Shown: one piece after another, positions 50,721-60,182 of the stretch
How positions within the stretch are numbered: the stretch's first letter is position 1
Layout: each line of letters opens with the position of its first letter
Assembly: GCA_934746645.1 (NCBI GenBank)
Contig: CAKVFE010000001.1
Location: 588,626-652,625, forward strand
DNA length: 64,000 nt
Reading direction: 5' to 3'
Source of the DNA: an uncultured Clostridia bacterium
GTDB taxonomy: Bacteria; Bacillota; Clostridia; Christensenellales; UBA1242
Position numbers and translations under genes: made by a program
Notes under the pieces: model-generated
Databases searched by the model: none
What the model was told of the DNA's origin: nothing
The model's input: the letters and a program-made list of their open reading frames with translations, nothing else

Positions 50721-51611
50721 ATGGATAATAAAAAAGGTTTAGGCAGAGGATTAGGTAGTTTACTTGGAATATTTGATGATGACGACAAAGAAGTAGAAGT
50801 TAAAAAAGATGCTTCAGGTAAAATTGAAGAAATCAATGGAGAAAGAGTTGTTGATATTGATATAAAACTTATTGATGTCAATCCTAACCAACCTCGTAAA
50901 AATTTTGACCCTACAGCACTAAAAGAATTGGCTGATTCTATCAAATTACACGGCGTTATTCAACCTATTATTGTTAATCAAACAGGTAGTAGATACATTA
51001 TAGTTGCCGGTGAAAGAAGATTTAGAGCTAGCAAGCTTGCTGGATTAAAGACAATACCTGCTATTGTTAAAAATTATACCGAACAACAAGTAAAAGAAAT
51101 ATCTTTGCTTGAAAATATACAGCGTGAAGATCTAAATCCAGTAGAAGTTGCCAACGCAATGAAAGAACTTCTTGATATTTATGGTTGGACACAAGATGTA
51201 TTGGCTGATAGATTGGGTAAAAGTCGTCCAGCTATTGCTAACACACTAAGATTGTTGACTCTTCAACCAGAAGTACTTGCTTTGATTGAAAGTGGAAAAC
51301 TTAGTGCAGGTCATGCAAGAAGTTTGGTTGTTGTTACTGACCCAGCTACACAAGTTAAACTTGCTAAATTGGCAGTAAGCAAAAAAGTAACTGTTAGAGA
51401 TTTGGAAAAGACTGTTAAACAACTTACCAATCCAACAGCAAAGAAAGTTAAAACAGAACCAAGTGCCGAACTTAAAGAATTAATCAATCTTATGCAACAT
51501 AAGTTTGCAACAAAAGTAAGTGTTATGGGTACAGATAAAAAAGGTCGTATCTATATAGATTATTATTCTAGCGATGACTTAGACAGAATACTTGAATTTC
51601 TTAATAAGTAA
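50721..51611 (+). CDS. parB: chromosome partitioning protein ParB/Spo0J
   Basis: 'GLGRGLGSLL', 'NPNQPRK.F', 'GVIQPIIV', arginine patch 'VAGERRFRA' and HTH 'QDVLADRLGKSRPAIANTLRLL'. Confidence 0.93.
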   Translation: MDNKKGLGRGLGSLLGIFDDDDKEVEVKKDASGKIEEINGERVVDIDIKLIDVNPNQPRKNFDPTALKELADSIKLHGVIQPIIVNQTGSRYIIVAGERRFRASKLAGLKTIPAIVKNYTEQQVKEISLLENIQREDLNPVEVANAMKELLDIYGWTQDVLADRLGKSRPAIANTLRLLTLQPEVLALIESGKLSAGHARSLVVVTDPATQVKLAKLAVSKKVTVRDLEKTVKQLTNPTAKKVKTEPSAELKELINLMQHKFATKVSVMGTDKKGRIYIDYYSSDDLDRILEFLNK

Positions 51612-51720
51612 TATTTCAACTAACAGTTAATTATATAATATGTTGTTGATATATCTATCAAAATAAAACTAATAAGTTTTGGATATAAAAGTAATAAATT
51701 AAAATTAAAGAAAAAATAAA

Positions 51721-51749
51721 AATATGGTTATTTTGACCATATTTTTTTA
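51721..51749 (+). terminator. intrinsic terminator after parB
   Basis: AATATGGT (51721-28) / ACCATATT (51736-43), then a T-run to 51749. Confidence 0.7.
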
Positions 51750-52374
51750 TTAAAAACCTTCAAAAATCGCTCAAAAATGTGTCATTTAAACGCATTCTGA
51801 GCGACTTTCGTATTTCTAAATGACCAATTGGTCGTCTTTTTTATAGCAATTTTAGTGATTTTTTATACCAAAATCATATAATTTGGGATAGAAAAATTTT
51901 GTTTATAAAATATTAATAACACAGATAATATTGATATCTATCTTTAGATTACTATGTTACCTATATTAAAAATAATAATTATCAATTATTATTATATGGA
52001 TTGAATTACATTCCTACTATAATGATTTTATTTTAGTAATCAATATTTAAAAGAACTTAAAATATTAACTTCCAATATTCAATCTATTCAATATTGTTAT
52101 TTCTATTTAATATCTATAGTTTACTACATTTATAAGATTAACATAATATTAAGATAATAGGGAAGTATGACACTATTACATATTTACATTTTTTATCTTA
52201 TTTATAATATATGTTTATCATACCTGTTTGTTTTTTTGCTCTAATTAGTCCATTTAATTTAAGTATTTTTTACTCTTATCTTTCATTAAGTTTGTTTATT
52301 TGTTACCCATATTATATATCGATTATCCATAATCATTTAATAAAAATACTAAAAATAGCTTTTTACAAAATGCG

Positions 52375-52449
52375 TAGACGCATATAGTTATTTGCTTTTT
52401 TACACTTATTAAGTTGTCAATACCAAACTAAAAATATGCTATGCGTCTA
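52375..52449. repeat. two further copies of the GCGTCTA/TAGACGC motif
   Basis: 'atgcgTAGACGCATAT' (52375-85, exact 11-mer in reverse orientation) and 'aaaaatatgctATGCGTCTAaatatttt' (core 52441-49). The flank is nearly identical to the copy at 46823-50. Confidence 0.7.
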
Positions 52450-52576
52450 AATATTTTAATGATTTTTGCATTTTAGATTGGTATCTCATTAATAAAATCA
52501 TATAGATAATATAAGAATACAAAAAAAGTACTTAAACCTAAATTTAAGTACTTTTAATTTTCTTTGTTTTTAATAA

Positions 52577-53302
52577 TTAATATTTAACTACAACAGTTTC
52601 GCCATCTGGCATTGTTACAGTAACTTCGCCTTCTTGACTATCAGCTGGAGTTTCAGCAGGTGTTTCTTCTTCAGTCTTATCACCAGCTGCACCTTCTTGG
52701 TTTTTACCTAATACATCATCAATTCTGTCTTGAAGAGTTTTAGTAACCCATTCATTAACATATCCGTATACAAAGTTACTCATTTTGTTCTTTTCCATTA
52801 AGGTTTTAACACCTGTAACACCACAAATACTTAATATAGATGCAAGACCTAAACCTACGCAACCTAATAAGAAACCTTTTGCAGCACCGAAGATTAAACC
52901 TAGAACTCTGTTAAGTCCACTTAATGCAGAACTACCACTTGTTGCATTGTCAAATAATTTTGATAGTAACCAAATAACAAGTTTAATTAATAACCATACA
53001 GCCAAAATTGATATGATTACTGTACAAGCATTACCAATTTGTGCTGCAGTATATGTTTTTCCAAATACTGTTGCACCGTCTGCATTGATCCAACCCCATT
53101 TTTGTAGAAGTTTACTGAAGAACTCATTGGCTTTGCACATTTTATTAAGTAGAGCAGCAACATGTTTGCTTACCAAAATAGCAACTACAATTGATAATGC
53201 AGAACTAAAAATGCTTAAAATGGATTCAAACAAGCCCTTGCAGATACCAACAATAGCAAATATTACTATTAAACAAATAAATACAATATCTACCCAACCC
53301 AT
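52577..53302 (-). CDS. cvpA: CvpA-family membrane protein
   Basis: 'MGWVDIVFICLIVIFAIVGICKGLF..' is a typical CvpA N-terminus. Four TM spans and an acidic Thr/Glu C-terminal tail. Confidence 0.75.
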   Translation of the reverse strand: MGWVDIVFICLIVIFAIVGICKGLFESILSIFSSALSIVVAILVSKHVAALLNKMCKANEFFSKLLQKWGWINADGATVFGKTYTAAQIGNACTVIISILAVWLLIKLVIWLLSKLFDNATSGSSALSGLNRVLGLIFGAAKGFLLGCVGLGLASILSICGVTGVKTLMEKNKMSNFVYGYVNEWVTKTLQDRIDDVLGKNQEGAAGDKTEEETPAETPADSQEGEVTVTMPDGETVVVKY

Positions 53303-53535
53303 AATATACCCCTTTATTTTTATGTTTTGTTACTTATAATATATCATATATTTAATCAAATGTCACTAATTGTTTAAAAAAAATATTAAAAACTTAATTA
53401 TACTCTTATGTTATTAAAGTTGTAAAATATGTAAATAATTACTATATATAGGCGTTTTTTAAAGTTTGGTATTATAAGTATTATACTAAAATTTTTATTA
53501 AAAAATTTGCTACTTTTTATCTTTTGGAGGCGAAA

Positions 53536-54105
53536 TTGGGAGTTTATAGTTATTTAAACGATAAAAACATAAGAAAAATGGCGTTTGAAATGTTGGAAAA
53601 AGTGCTAGATTATGGGGAAGATCCAGTTTTTTTATGTGTTGGAAATTCGAGTGCTGTGGGTGATATGTTGGGACCAATGGTAGGGGATAAACTTATCAAT
53701 CAATACAACATTGATTGTCCAGTTTTTGGAACACTAGATGACAATGTAAAAGCTAGCAATTTTTTATATACTTGGTCTAATATTAAAAACAAATATCCCT
53801 TAAGACCAATAGTTATTGTTGACTCTAGTCTAGGAGATGACAACAGCGTTGGATATACTAAATTTTGTCCGTATGGTTGTATACCAGCGTCTTTTTCCAA
53901 TTCAAAAATATATGGAAATTGCAGTATTTTGGGTACTGTCAATAGCGTGGGGATAAGCCAAATTATGTTATTAAAGACTGTAAAATATAGTATGATTAGG
54001 GATATGTCTGATTTTGTTGCGAAGGTTATTGTTGAATGTCTTAAAATTATGAAAATTATTAAAAATAATTCCAATAAAAACGAAGCATTAGTTGGTTGTA
54101 AATAA
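53536..54105 (+). CDS. yyaC: YyaC-like putative protease (DUF1256)
   Basis: 'VFLCVGNSSAVGDMLGPMVGDKL' matches the YyaC 'CIGTDRSTGDALGPLVG' core. No ATG is available: TTG at 53536 (SD GGAGG 53526-30) or TTG at 53524. Synteny next to parB as in B. subtilis. Confidence 0.65.
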   Translation: MGVYSYLNDKNIRKMAFEMLEKVLDYGEDPVFLCVGNSSAVGDMLGPMVGDKLINQYNIDCPVFGTLDDNVKASNFLYTWSNIKNKYPLRPIVIVDSSLGDDNSVGYTKFCPYGCIPASFSNSKIYGNCSILGTVNSVGISQIMLLKTVKYSMIRDMSDFVAKVIVECLKIMKIIKNNSNKNEALVGCK

Positions 54106-54277
54106 TGTAGTCGTGTAGTAAAAAAACGATTAATTACGACATTTTTTGTAATAAGTAATATATAATTATTTGTATACAATATATTATATTTATAATTAAG
54201 AATTGCTAATTAGTGTACAACCCAAAAAAAATGTGTTAGAATTATTAGGCATTAAACAAAATCGGAGGATAATACTT

Positions 54278-56692
54278 TTGGATAATAAGAATAAGAAAAA
54301 AAGTACAAGTACTAGTATTATATCTTTAATACTTATAATACTTTCAGTAGTCTTGATTTTTTATATAGGCAATAGAGGTACCAATGGCAAACAAGTTGAT
54401 GTTGGTGCAGCTTACAATATGGCAGAAAATCAAGAGATAAGTGATATATATTTCTATGGTGGTGTAGCCAAACTTAGAAAGTCAGATAGCAAAATCAGTG
54501 ACAAACAATGGCCAAAGAATGCTGACTATTATTTTGAATATACTACTACTATCGAAATGCAACAATTTTATGAGTTGAGCAAAAACATTGACTGTGCTAA
54601 AGGACTTAGAGAATTTGATGCAACAATTTCAGCAGAACAACAAGCAGAAATAACTTTAAAATATAAAGATTACAATCGTATTGTTGTTACATCTGCTCCA
54701 GTTAAAGCAAGCTTGCTTTCAACATTGTTGCCATATATGAGTGTTATTGTTGTATTGGTTATTGGCATACTTATGTTTAAGATGCTTAGTGGCAAAGGAC
54801 AAGGTGCAGGTGGATTTGCTAAGAGCAAAGCAAAACTTAACGAAAGAACAAATATTAGATTTTCTGATATAGCTGGTGCAGAAGAAGAAAAGGAAGAAAC
54901 ACAAGAAATTGTTGAGTTCTTGAAAAATCCAGCAAAATTTAAAGCACTTGGTGCAAGAATCCCTAAGGGTGTATTGCTTGTAGGCCCTCCAGGAACAGGT
55001 AAAACATTGCTTGCAAAAGCAGTTGCTGGTGAAAGTAATGTACCATTCTTCTCAATCAGTGGTTCTGACTTCGTAGAACTTTATGTCGGTGTCGGTGCTG
55101 GTAGAGTAAGAGATTTGTTTGAAACAGCTAAACGCAGTGCTCCTTGCATTATATTTATTGACGAAATTGATGCAGTTGGTCGTCAGCGTGGTGCTGGACT
55201 TGGTGGTGGCAATGATGAAAGAGAACAAACACTTAACCAGTTACTTGTAGAAATGGACGGTTTTGAAAGTAATGAAGGTATTATAGTTTTAGCTGCAACC
55301 AATAGAGCAGATGTACTAGACCCTGCATTATTAAGACCAGGTAGATTTGATAGACAAATTTATGTTAATGTTCCAGATGTTAAAGGCCGTGAAGGTATTA
55401 TGAAAATTCACGCTAAAAACAAACCTATTGACGAAAGCGTCAACTTTACCGAAATCGCTAGATTGACTAGTGGATTTACTGGTGCAGACATTGAAAACTT
55501 CCTTAACGAGGCAGCAATCTTAGCTGCAAGAGATAATAGATTGACTATTACTATGGAAGACATAACAGAAGGTATTAATAAAGTATTGGTTGGACCTCAA
55601 AAGAAGTCTAGACTAATAACTCCAGAAGATAAAAAACTTACTGCATATCACGAGTCAGGTCACGCAATCCTTGCTAAGATGCTTAACTATGGTGATGCAG
55701 TTCACGAAGTATCAATTATACCTCGTGGTATGGCTGGTGGATTTACTTCTACTAGACCAGAAAATGATAATGACCACTTGTTCTACAAAAAATTGTGTGA
55801 CAAAATTAGTATGACAATGGGTGGTCGTATTGCAGAAGAAATCGTATTTGGCGATATCACTGCAGGTGCAAGTTCAGATATTAGTCACGCAACAGATATT
55901 GCTAGACGCATGGTTACCGAATGGGGTATGAGCAAGCGTCTTGGATTTATCAATTATGGCAAATCTAATGAAGTATTTATTGGTCGTGATTATCAAACAC
56001 AAGTTAATTATAGTGAAGAAACAGCATCTATTATTGATGAAGAAATAAAAGCAATTATGGATTCTTGCTATGAAAAAGGTAAAAAGATATTGACCGAAAA
56101 TAGAAATATTTTGGACAATATGGCAAAACTACTTATAGAAAAAGAAACTATATATAGTGAAGAAGTTGACGCTATCATTAAAGGTGCTAACTATGAAGAT
56201 GTAGCAAAAGCATTGGACGAAAAAGAAGCTGAAGCTAAAAAGCGTAATGAAGAACGCAAGAAAAAAGCAGAAGTTGAAAACTTTAAGAAAATGCAAGAAT
56301 TAAAAATCAAAGCTGCAGAAGCATTGACTAATGCAGGAGTCATTACAAAACAAGATTTTGAAATGATTAAAAAAGAAGCTATGTCACAATCTAGTCCTGA
56401 TGAAAAATCAGAAGAAGCAAAATCTGAAGCTGAAAAGCGTACAGAAATAGAAGCTAAAAAAGAATTGGATAATGAAGCAAGCGAAACTACAGAAGAAAAA
56501 ACTGAAGTAGAAACTCCTGTAGTAGAAGTTGTGGAAGAAAAAGTTGAAACAAAACCAGAAGAAAAACCAGTTAAGCGTACAACAAGAAGTACAAAAACAG
56601 GAACAAAAACTTCTGCTACTAAAAAATCAACAACAACTAAAAAGACTTCTAAAACAAAAAAATCAGAAACTAAATCAGACGATAAAGAATAA
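54278..56692 (+). CDS. ftsH: ATP-dependent zinc metalloprotease FtsH with ~190-aa Lys/Glu/Thr-rich C-terminal extension
   Basis: Probable TTG start at 54278 (SD GGAGGA 54264-69, 8-nt spacer). '[17 protein letters not shown]', 'IIFIDEIDA', '[19 protein letters not shown]' and zinc site 'HESGHA'. Confidence 0.92.
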   Translation: MDNKNKKKSTSTSIISLILIILSVVLIFYIGNRGTNGKQVDVGAAYNMAENQEISDIYFYGGVAKLRKSDSKISDKQWPKNADYYFEYTTTIEMQQFYELSKNIDCAKGLREFDATISAEQQAEITLKYKDYNRIVVTSAPVKASLLSTLLPYMSVIVVLVIGILMFKMLSGKGQGAGGFAKSKAKLNERTNIRFSDIAGAEEEKEETQEIVEFLKNPAKFKALGARIPKGVLLVGPPGTGKTLLAKAVAGESNVPFFSISGSDFVELYVGVGAGRVRDLFETAKRSAPCIIFIDEIDAVGRQRGAGLGGGNDEREQTLNQLLVEMDGFESNEGIIVLAATNRADVLDPALLRPGRFDRQIYVNVPDVKGREGIMKIHAKNKPIDESVNFTEIARLTSGFTGADIENFLNEAAILAARDNRLTITMEDITEGINKVLVGPQKKSRLITPEDKKLTAYHESGHAILAKMLNYGDAVHEVSIIPRGMAGGFTSTRPENDNDHLFYKKLCDKISMTMGGRIAEEIVFGDITAGASSDISHATDIARRMVTEWGMSKRLGFINYGKSNEVFIGRDYQTQVNYSEETASIIDEEIKAIMDSCYEKGKKILTENRNILDNMAKLLIEKETIYSEEVDAIIKGANYEDVAKALDEKEAEAKKRNEERKKKAEVENFKKMQELKIKAAEALTNAGVITKQDFEMIKKEAMSQSSPDEKSEEAKSEAEKRTEIEAKKELDNEASETTEEKTEVETPVVEVVEEKVETKPEEKPVKRTTRSTKTGTKTSATKKSTTTKKTSKTKKSETKSDDKE

Positions 56693-56758
56693 TTGTTTTG
56701 ACATTTTGGTTTTTATATAATACAATTTAGTAACTAATTTTTATAAAAGGTAAAAGCA

Positions 56759-57367
56759 ATGAAAAACACATTAACAAAAGTTTTAACAATCATAGCCATA
56801 GTATTGGTTGGATTACTTGCTACATCAGCAGTTGTATTAGCATTGGTAAAATCCAATTTTAACCAAGTTGTAGACACAACTAAAGTTGAAGGTATTACTG
56901 TTTATACTGGTAGCAAAGACAATTATTATAGCAAAGAATACAACAAAGAAGATTTTGAAAAACTACTATCTTTATACAACAAAGGTACTAAAGAATCTGT
57001 TATAAGTGCATTGTTCCAAGGTGCTTATTCAAAGAATGCTAAAGCAGAAGTTTTGAAAAACACAGTTACAACTTCTTCTCTAACAAGCCCTTCCGATGGT
57101 ACTTATGTATTAAAGTTTGACTTCAGTGAAGATATCACATTGGTAGTTAATGGCGAAACAATAGAAGACACCACAAAATCTGGTAGTGACAAATCTATTA
57201 AATTTAATTCTGTATATTTCAATATTGAAGACAACACAAGTCTAACAAAAGTTAAATGTTATATTGTAAGTGATACTAATAGTACTTATAGTTATCGTCA
57301 AGTAACATTCCCAACTCATCACAGTGAACTATTTGACTTTGTTAAAGGATTAGATTTCCCTGGCTAA
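56759..57367 (+). CDS. membrane-anchored hypothetical protein
   Basis: N-terminal TM 'VLTIIAIVLVGLLATSAVVLALV'. No recognised motif. Confidence 0.5.
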   Translation: MKNTLTKVLTIIAIVLVGLLATSAVVLALVKSNFNQVVDTTKVEGITVYTGSKDNYYSKEYNKEDFEKLLSLYNKGTKESVISALFQGAYSKNAKAEVLKNTVTTSSLTSPSDGTYVLKFDFSEDITLVVNGETIEDTTKSGSDKSIKFNSVYFNIEDNTSLTKVKCYIVSDTNSTYSYRQVTFPTHHSELFDFVKGLDFPG

Positions 57368-57385
57368 TAATTAAAAATTGATAAA

Positions 57386-57419
57386 ATAAAAAGCACTCTA
57401 ATTAAAGAGTGCTTTTTTA
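57386..57419. terminator. bidirectional intrinsic terminator
   Basis: AAGCACTCT (57391-99) / AGAGTGCTT (57406-14), flanked by an A-run and a T-run. Confidence 0.75.
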
Positions 57420-57513
57420 TTAGATAATTAATATTTAATAAAGTAGATATAATTAAAAGTAAATATATTAATTAATTATTTAATCATATACTTATGACTA
57501 AACATATATTTGT

Positions 57514-57900
57514 TTAGTCTTTTTTGTCTTCTTTATCTTTAGACTTATCATCTTCAACATCTTTTTTCGCACGAGAATTTTCGTGTACTTTTTTTGTTTT
57601 AGTTTTCTTTTCTTCAACTGGTGTTTCGTCTTCAGCAACATCAGCTTTTTTAGTTATGTTGTCTACAACTTCTTGATTGTTTGCTTTTAGTTTTTTGATA
57701 AGATTACGATAATATCTTCTTTGTACTTTTTGCAATAACTTTATAATTTCTGGATTGTATGCACCTACAAAAGAAGTAAATACATTGCCTTCATTGTTTA
57801 AAGAAATTGTTATTGCAGTACAACAATTTTCATCAACAAGAGTTTTGTCATTGTTGGTTATTTTAATATTAAGTTCGTTAAGTGCTTTAAATTTTTCCAT
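57514..57900 (-). CDS. hypothetical protein with Lys/Asp/Glu-rich tail
   Basis: ORF immediately downstream of ychF (11-nt gap) with SD-like 'ggag'. No recognised motif. Confidence 0.5.
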   Translation of the reverse strand: MEKFKALNELNIKITNNDKTLVDENCCTAITISLNNEGNVFTSFVGAYNPEIIKLLQKVQRRYYRNLIKKLKANNQEVVDNITKKADVAEDETPVEEKKTKTKKVHENSRAKKDVEDDKSKDKEDKKD

Positions 57901-57911
57901 TAGCTTAACTC

Positions 57912-59009
57912 CTAAACATTAAACTTAAATAGCATTACATCACCGTCTTGTACAACATAGTCTTTGCCTTCCATACGGACTTTCCCTTTCTCTTTTGCTT
58001 TAAGGAAATTGCCGGCTTCTACTATGTCATCATAACTTACAACTTCTGCCTTTATAAATCCACGCTCAAAGTCTGTATGAATTTTGCCTGCTGCTTGTGG
58101 TGCTTTAGTGCCTTTAGTTATTGTCCAAGCTCTAACTTCTTTTTCGCCTGCAGTTAGATAACTTATAAGTCCTAGTAAATCATATCCAGCAACAATCAAT
58201 TTGCTAAGTCCTGTTTCTTTAAGACCAAGTTCTTGTTTAAATAGTTCAGCATCTTCGTCTGAAAGACCACACAAGTCTTCTTCAAATTTTGCACAAACTA
58301 CAACGCATTTTGCATTTTCGCTTTTAGCGTATTCTTTAACTTTTCTTACATATTCAATGTCATCTTCTGGAGTAGCAATGTTGTCATCACTAATATTGGC
58401 ACAATAAATAACAGGTTTGTCTGTGATTAGGAAGAAACTTTTTATAAGAGCTCTTTCTTCTTCATTGGCTGGATAACTTCTAACTGGCTTTTCATTTTCC
58501 AATAAGTTTTTCAATTTTTGTAGTATTTCTACTTCGTCAATTATATCCTTATTGCCAGTCTTGTACAATTTCTCAGATTTTTCAAGTCTTTTTGTTACTG
58601 TTTCTAAGTCTGCAAGTATAAGTTCAAGATTGATTTCTTCTATATCTCTAACTGGGTCAACACTACCATCTACATGGGTGATGTTTGGATTGTCAAAACA
58701 TCTTACGACATGGACTATTGCGTCAACTTCTCTTATGTGACTTAAAAATTTGTTGCCAAGACCTTCGCCTTTGCTTGCACCTTTTACAAGTCCGGCAATA
58801 TCAACAAATTCAATAATTGCTGGAGTTATCTTTTTTGTGTTGTACATTTCTCCCAATACATCAAGTCTTTTGTCTGGTACAGCAACTATACCAACATTGG
58901 GTTCGATAGTGCAGAATGGATAGTTTTCACTCGGAATACTATTCTTAGTTATTGCATTAAACAATGTGCTTTTTCCTACATTTGGTAAACCAACTACACC
59001 TAATTTCAT
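57912..59009 (-). CDS. ychF: ribosome-binding ATPase YchF
   Basis: Start at 'MKLGVVGLPNVGKSTLFNA' (SD GGAGG). 'FVDIAGLVKGAS', and the C-terminal region 'RAWTI.KGTKAPQAAGKIHTDFERGFIKAEV'. Confidence 0.93.
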   Translation of the reverse strand: MKLGVVGLPNVGKSTLFNAITKNSIPSENYPFCTIEPNVGIVAVPDKRLDVLGEMYNTKKITPAIIEFVDIAGLVKGASKGEGLGNKFLSHIREVDAIVHVVRCFDNPNITHVDGSVDPVRDIEEINLELILADLETVTKRLEKSEKLYKTGNKDIIDEVEILQKLKNLLENEKPVRSYPANEEERALIKSFFLITDKPVIYCANISDDNIATPEDDIEYVRKVKEYAKSENAKCVVVCAKFEEDLCGLSDEDAELFKQELGLKETGLSKLIVAGYDLLGLISYLTAGEKEVRAWTITKGTKAPQAAGKIHTDFERGFIKAEVVSYDDIVEAGNFLKAKEKGKVRMEGKDYVVQDGDVMLFKFNV

Positions 59010-59192
59010 TTTATCCTCCATAGTATGGTTAATAATTTATTTTGCTTTACTAGTATATATTAAAAATCAAATAATTAAAAGTGAATAATCGGAATTAATA
59101 CAACTATTTTTAAATATACTAAAATATATGTAATTAACATAACCAACTAGTCTTGATTATAGCGTTATAGTATTTTTGTTTGGAGATAGTGT

Positions 59193-60041
59193 ATGAGTGA
59201 ACTATTGATAATTATCATACTTGGATTGGTGCAGGGTGCAAGCGAATTTTTACCTATAAGTTCGAGTGGACATCTTGTATTGTTTTACAATATTTTTGGT
59301 ATAAAAGAAAATACAGTTTTGCTGTCGGTGGTACTGCATGTAGCAACATTAATTGCTGTTTTTATCTGTTATAGAAAAACACTTTGGTATATGATTAGAC
59401 ACCCATTTTGCAACACAAATAAAAAACTTTTGGTGGCTACTATACCTACAGTTATACTTGCACTTCTTCTTAACAATCTTGTAGAAAAGACATTTGGCAA
59501 CAACTTTATTATTATTGGTTTTTTGATTACAGCAATATTGTTGCTAATTTCGCAAAGTATAAATAATAGACACAAATTAACACCAAGTAAATACTTTTTG
59601 TCAAAAAGTACCACCACAAGTGTCACAAATCGTGATATGACAGATTTAGATATCAACTACAAACAAGCAGTTTTGATTGGCATTGCACAAGGACTAGCAG
59701 TCTTCCCAGGGATATCAAGAAGTGGTAGCACTATCGCAACTTCACTTATTGTTGGTGTCAACAAAACAGACGCTGCAGACTTTTCATTTTTGCTTAGTAT
59801 ACCAGTAATACTAGGTGGTCTACTTCAAGAACTAATAAAATATTTTAAAGGCAATACTACTATTGGTTATAGTGCATTAAGTATTAGTGCTGGTTGTTTG
59901 TGTGCATTTGTGAGTGGGTTGTTTTGTATCAAACTTATGTTAAAAATGGTTAAACGCCAAAACCTATCTTGGTTTAGTTTTTACTTAGCGTTGTTATCTT
60001 TGGTATTAGTAATTAATCAATATTTTCATTTCTTGTATTAA
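59193..60041 (+). CDS. uppP: undecaprenyl-diphosphate phosphatase (BacA/UppP)
   Basis: 'GLVQGASEFLPISSSGHL' and 'FPGISRSGSTI'. Confidence 0.9.
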   Translation: MSELLIIIILGLVQGASEFLPISSSGHLVLFYNIFGIKENTVLLSVVLHVATLIAVFICYRKTLWYMIRHPFCNTNKKLLVATIPTVILALLLNNLVEKTFGNNFIIIGFLITAILLLISQSINNRHKLTPSKYFLSKSTTTSVTNRDMTDLDINYKQAVLIGIAQGLAVFPGISRSGSTIATSLIVGVNKTDAADFSFLLSIPVILGGLLQELIKYFKGNTTIGYSALSISAGCLCAFVSGLFCIKLMLKMVKRQNLSWFSFYLALLSLVLVINQYFHFLY

Positions 60042-60182
60042 ACGATTGGAATTTTACAATTGTTAAAAAGATAAAAATAGTTATTAAATTTGTAGCGAAA
60101 TTGTTGGCGATATTATATATTTAATTTTCAAAAAAACTTTATTTGTGATATTATATTGTATATCAAAAATAAGGAAACTAAT

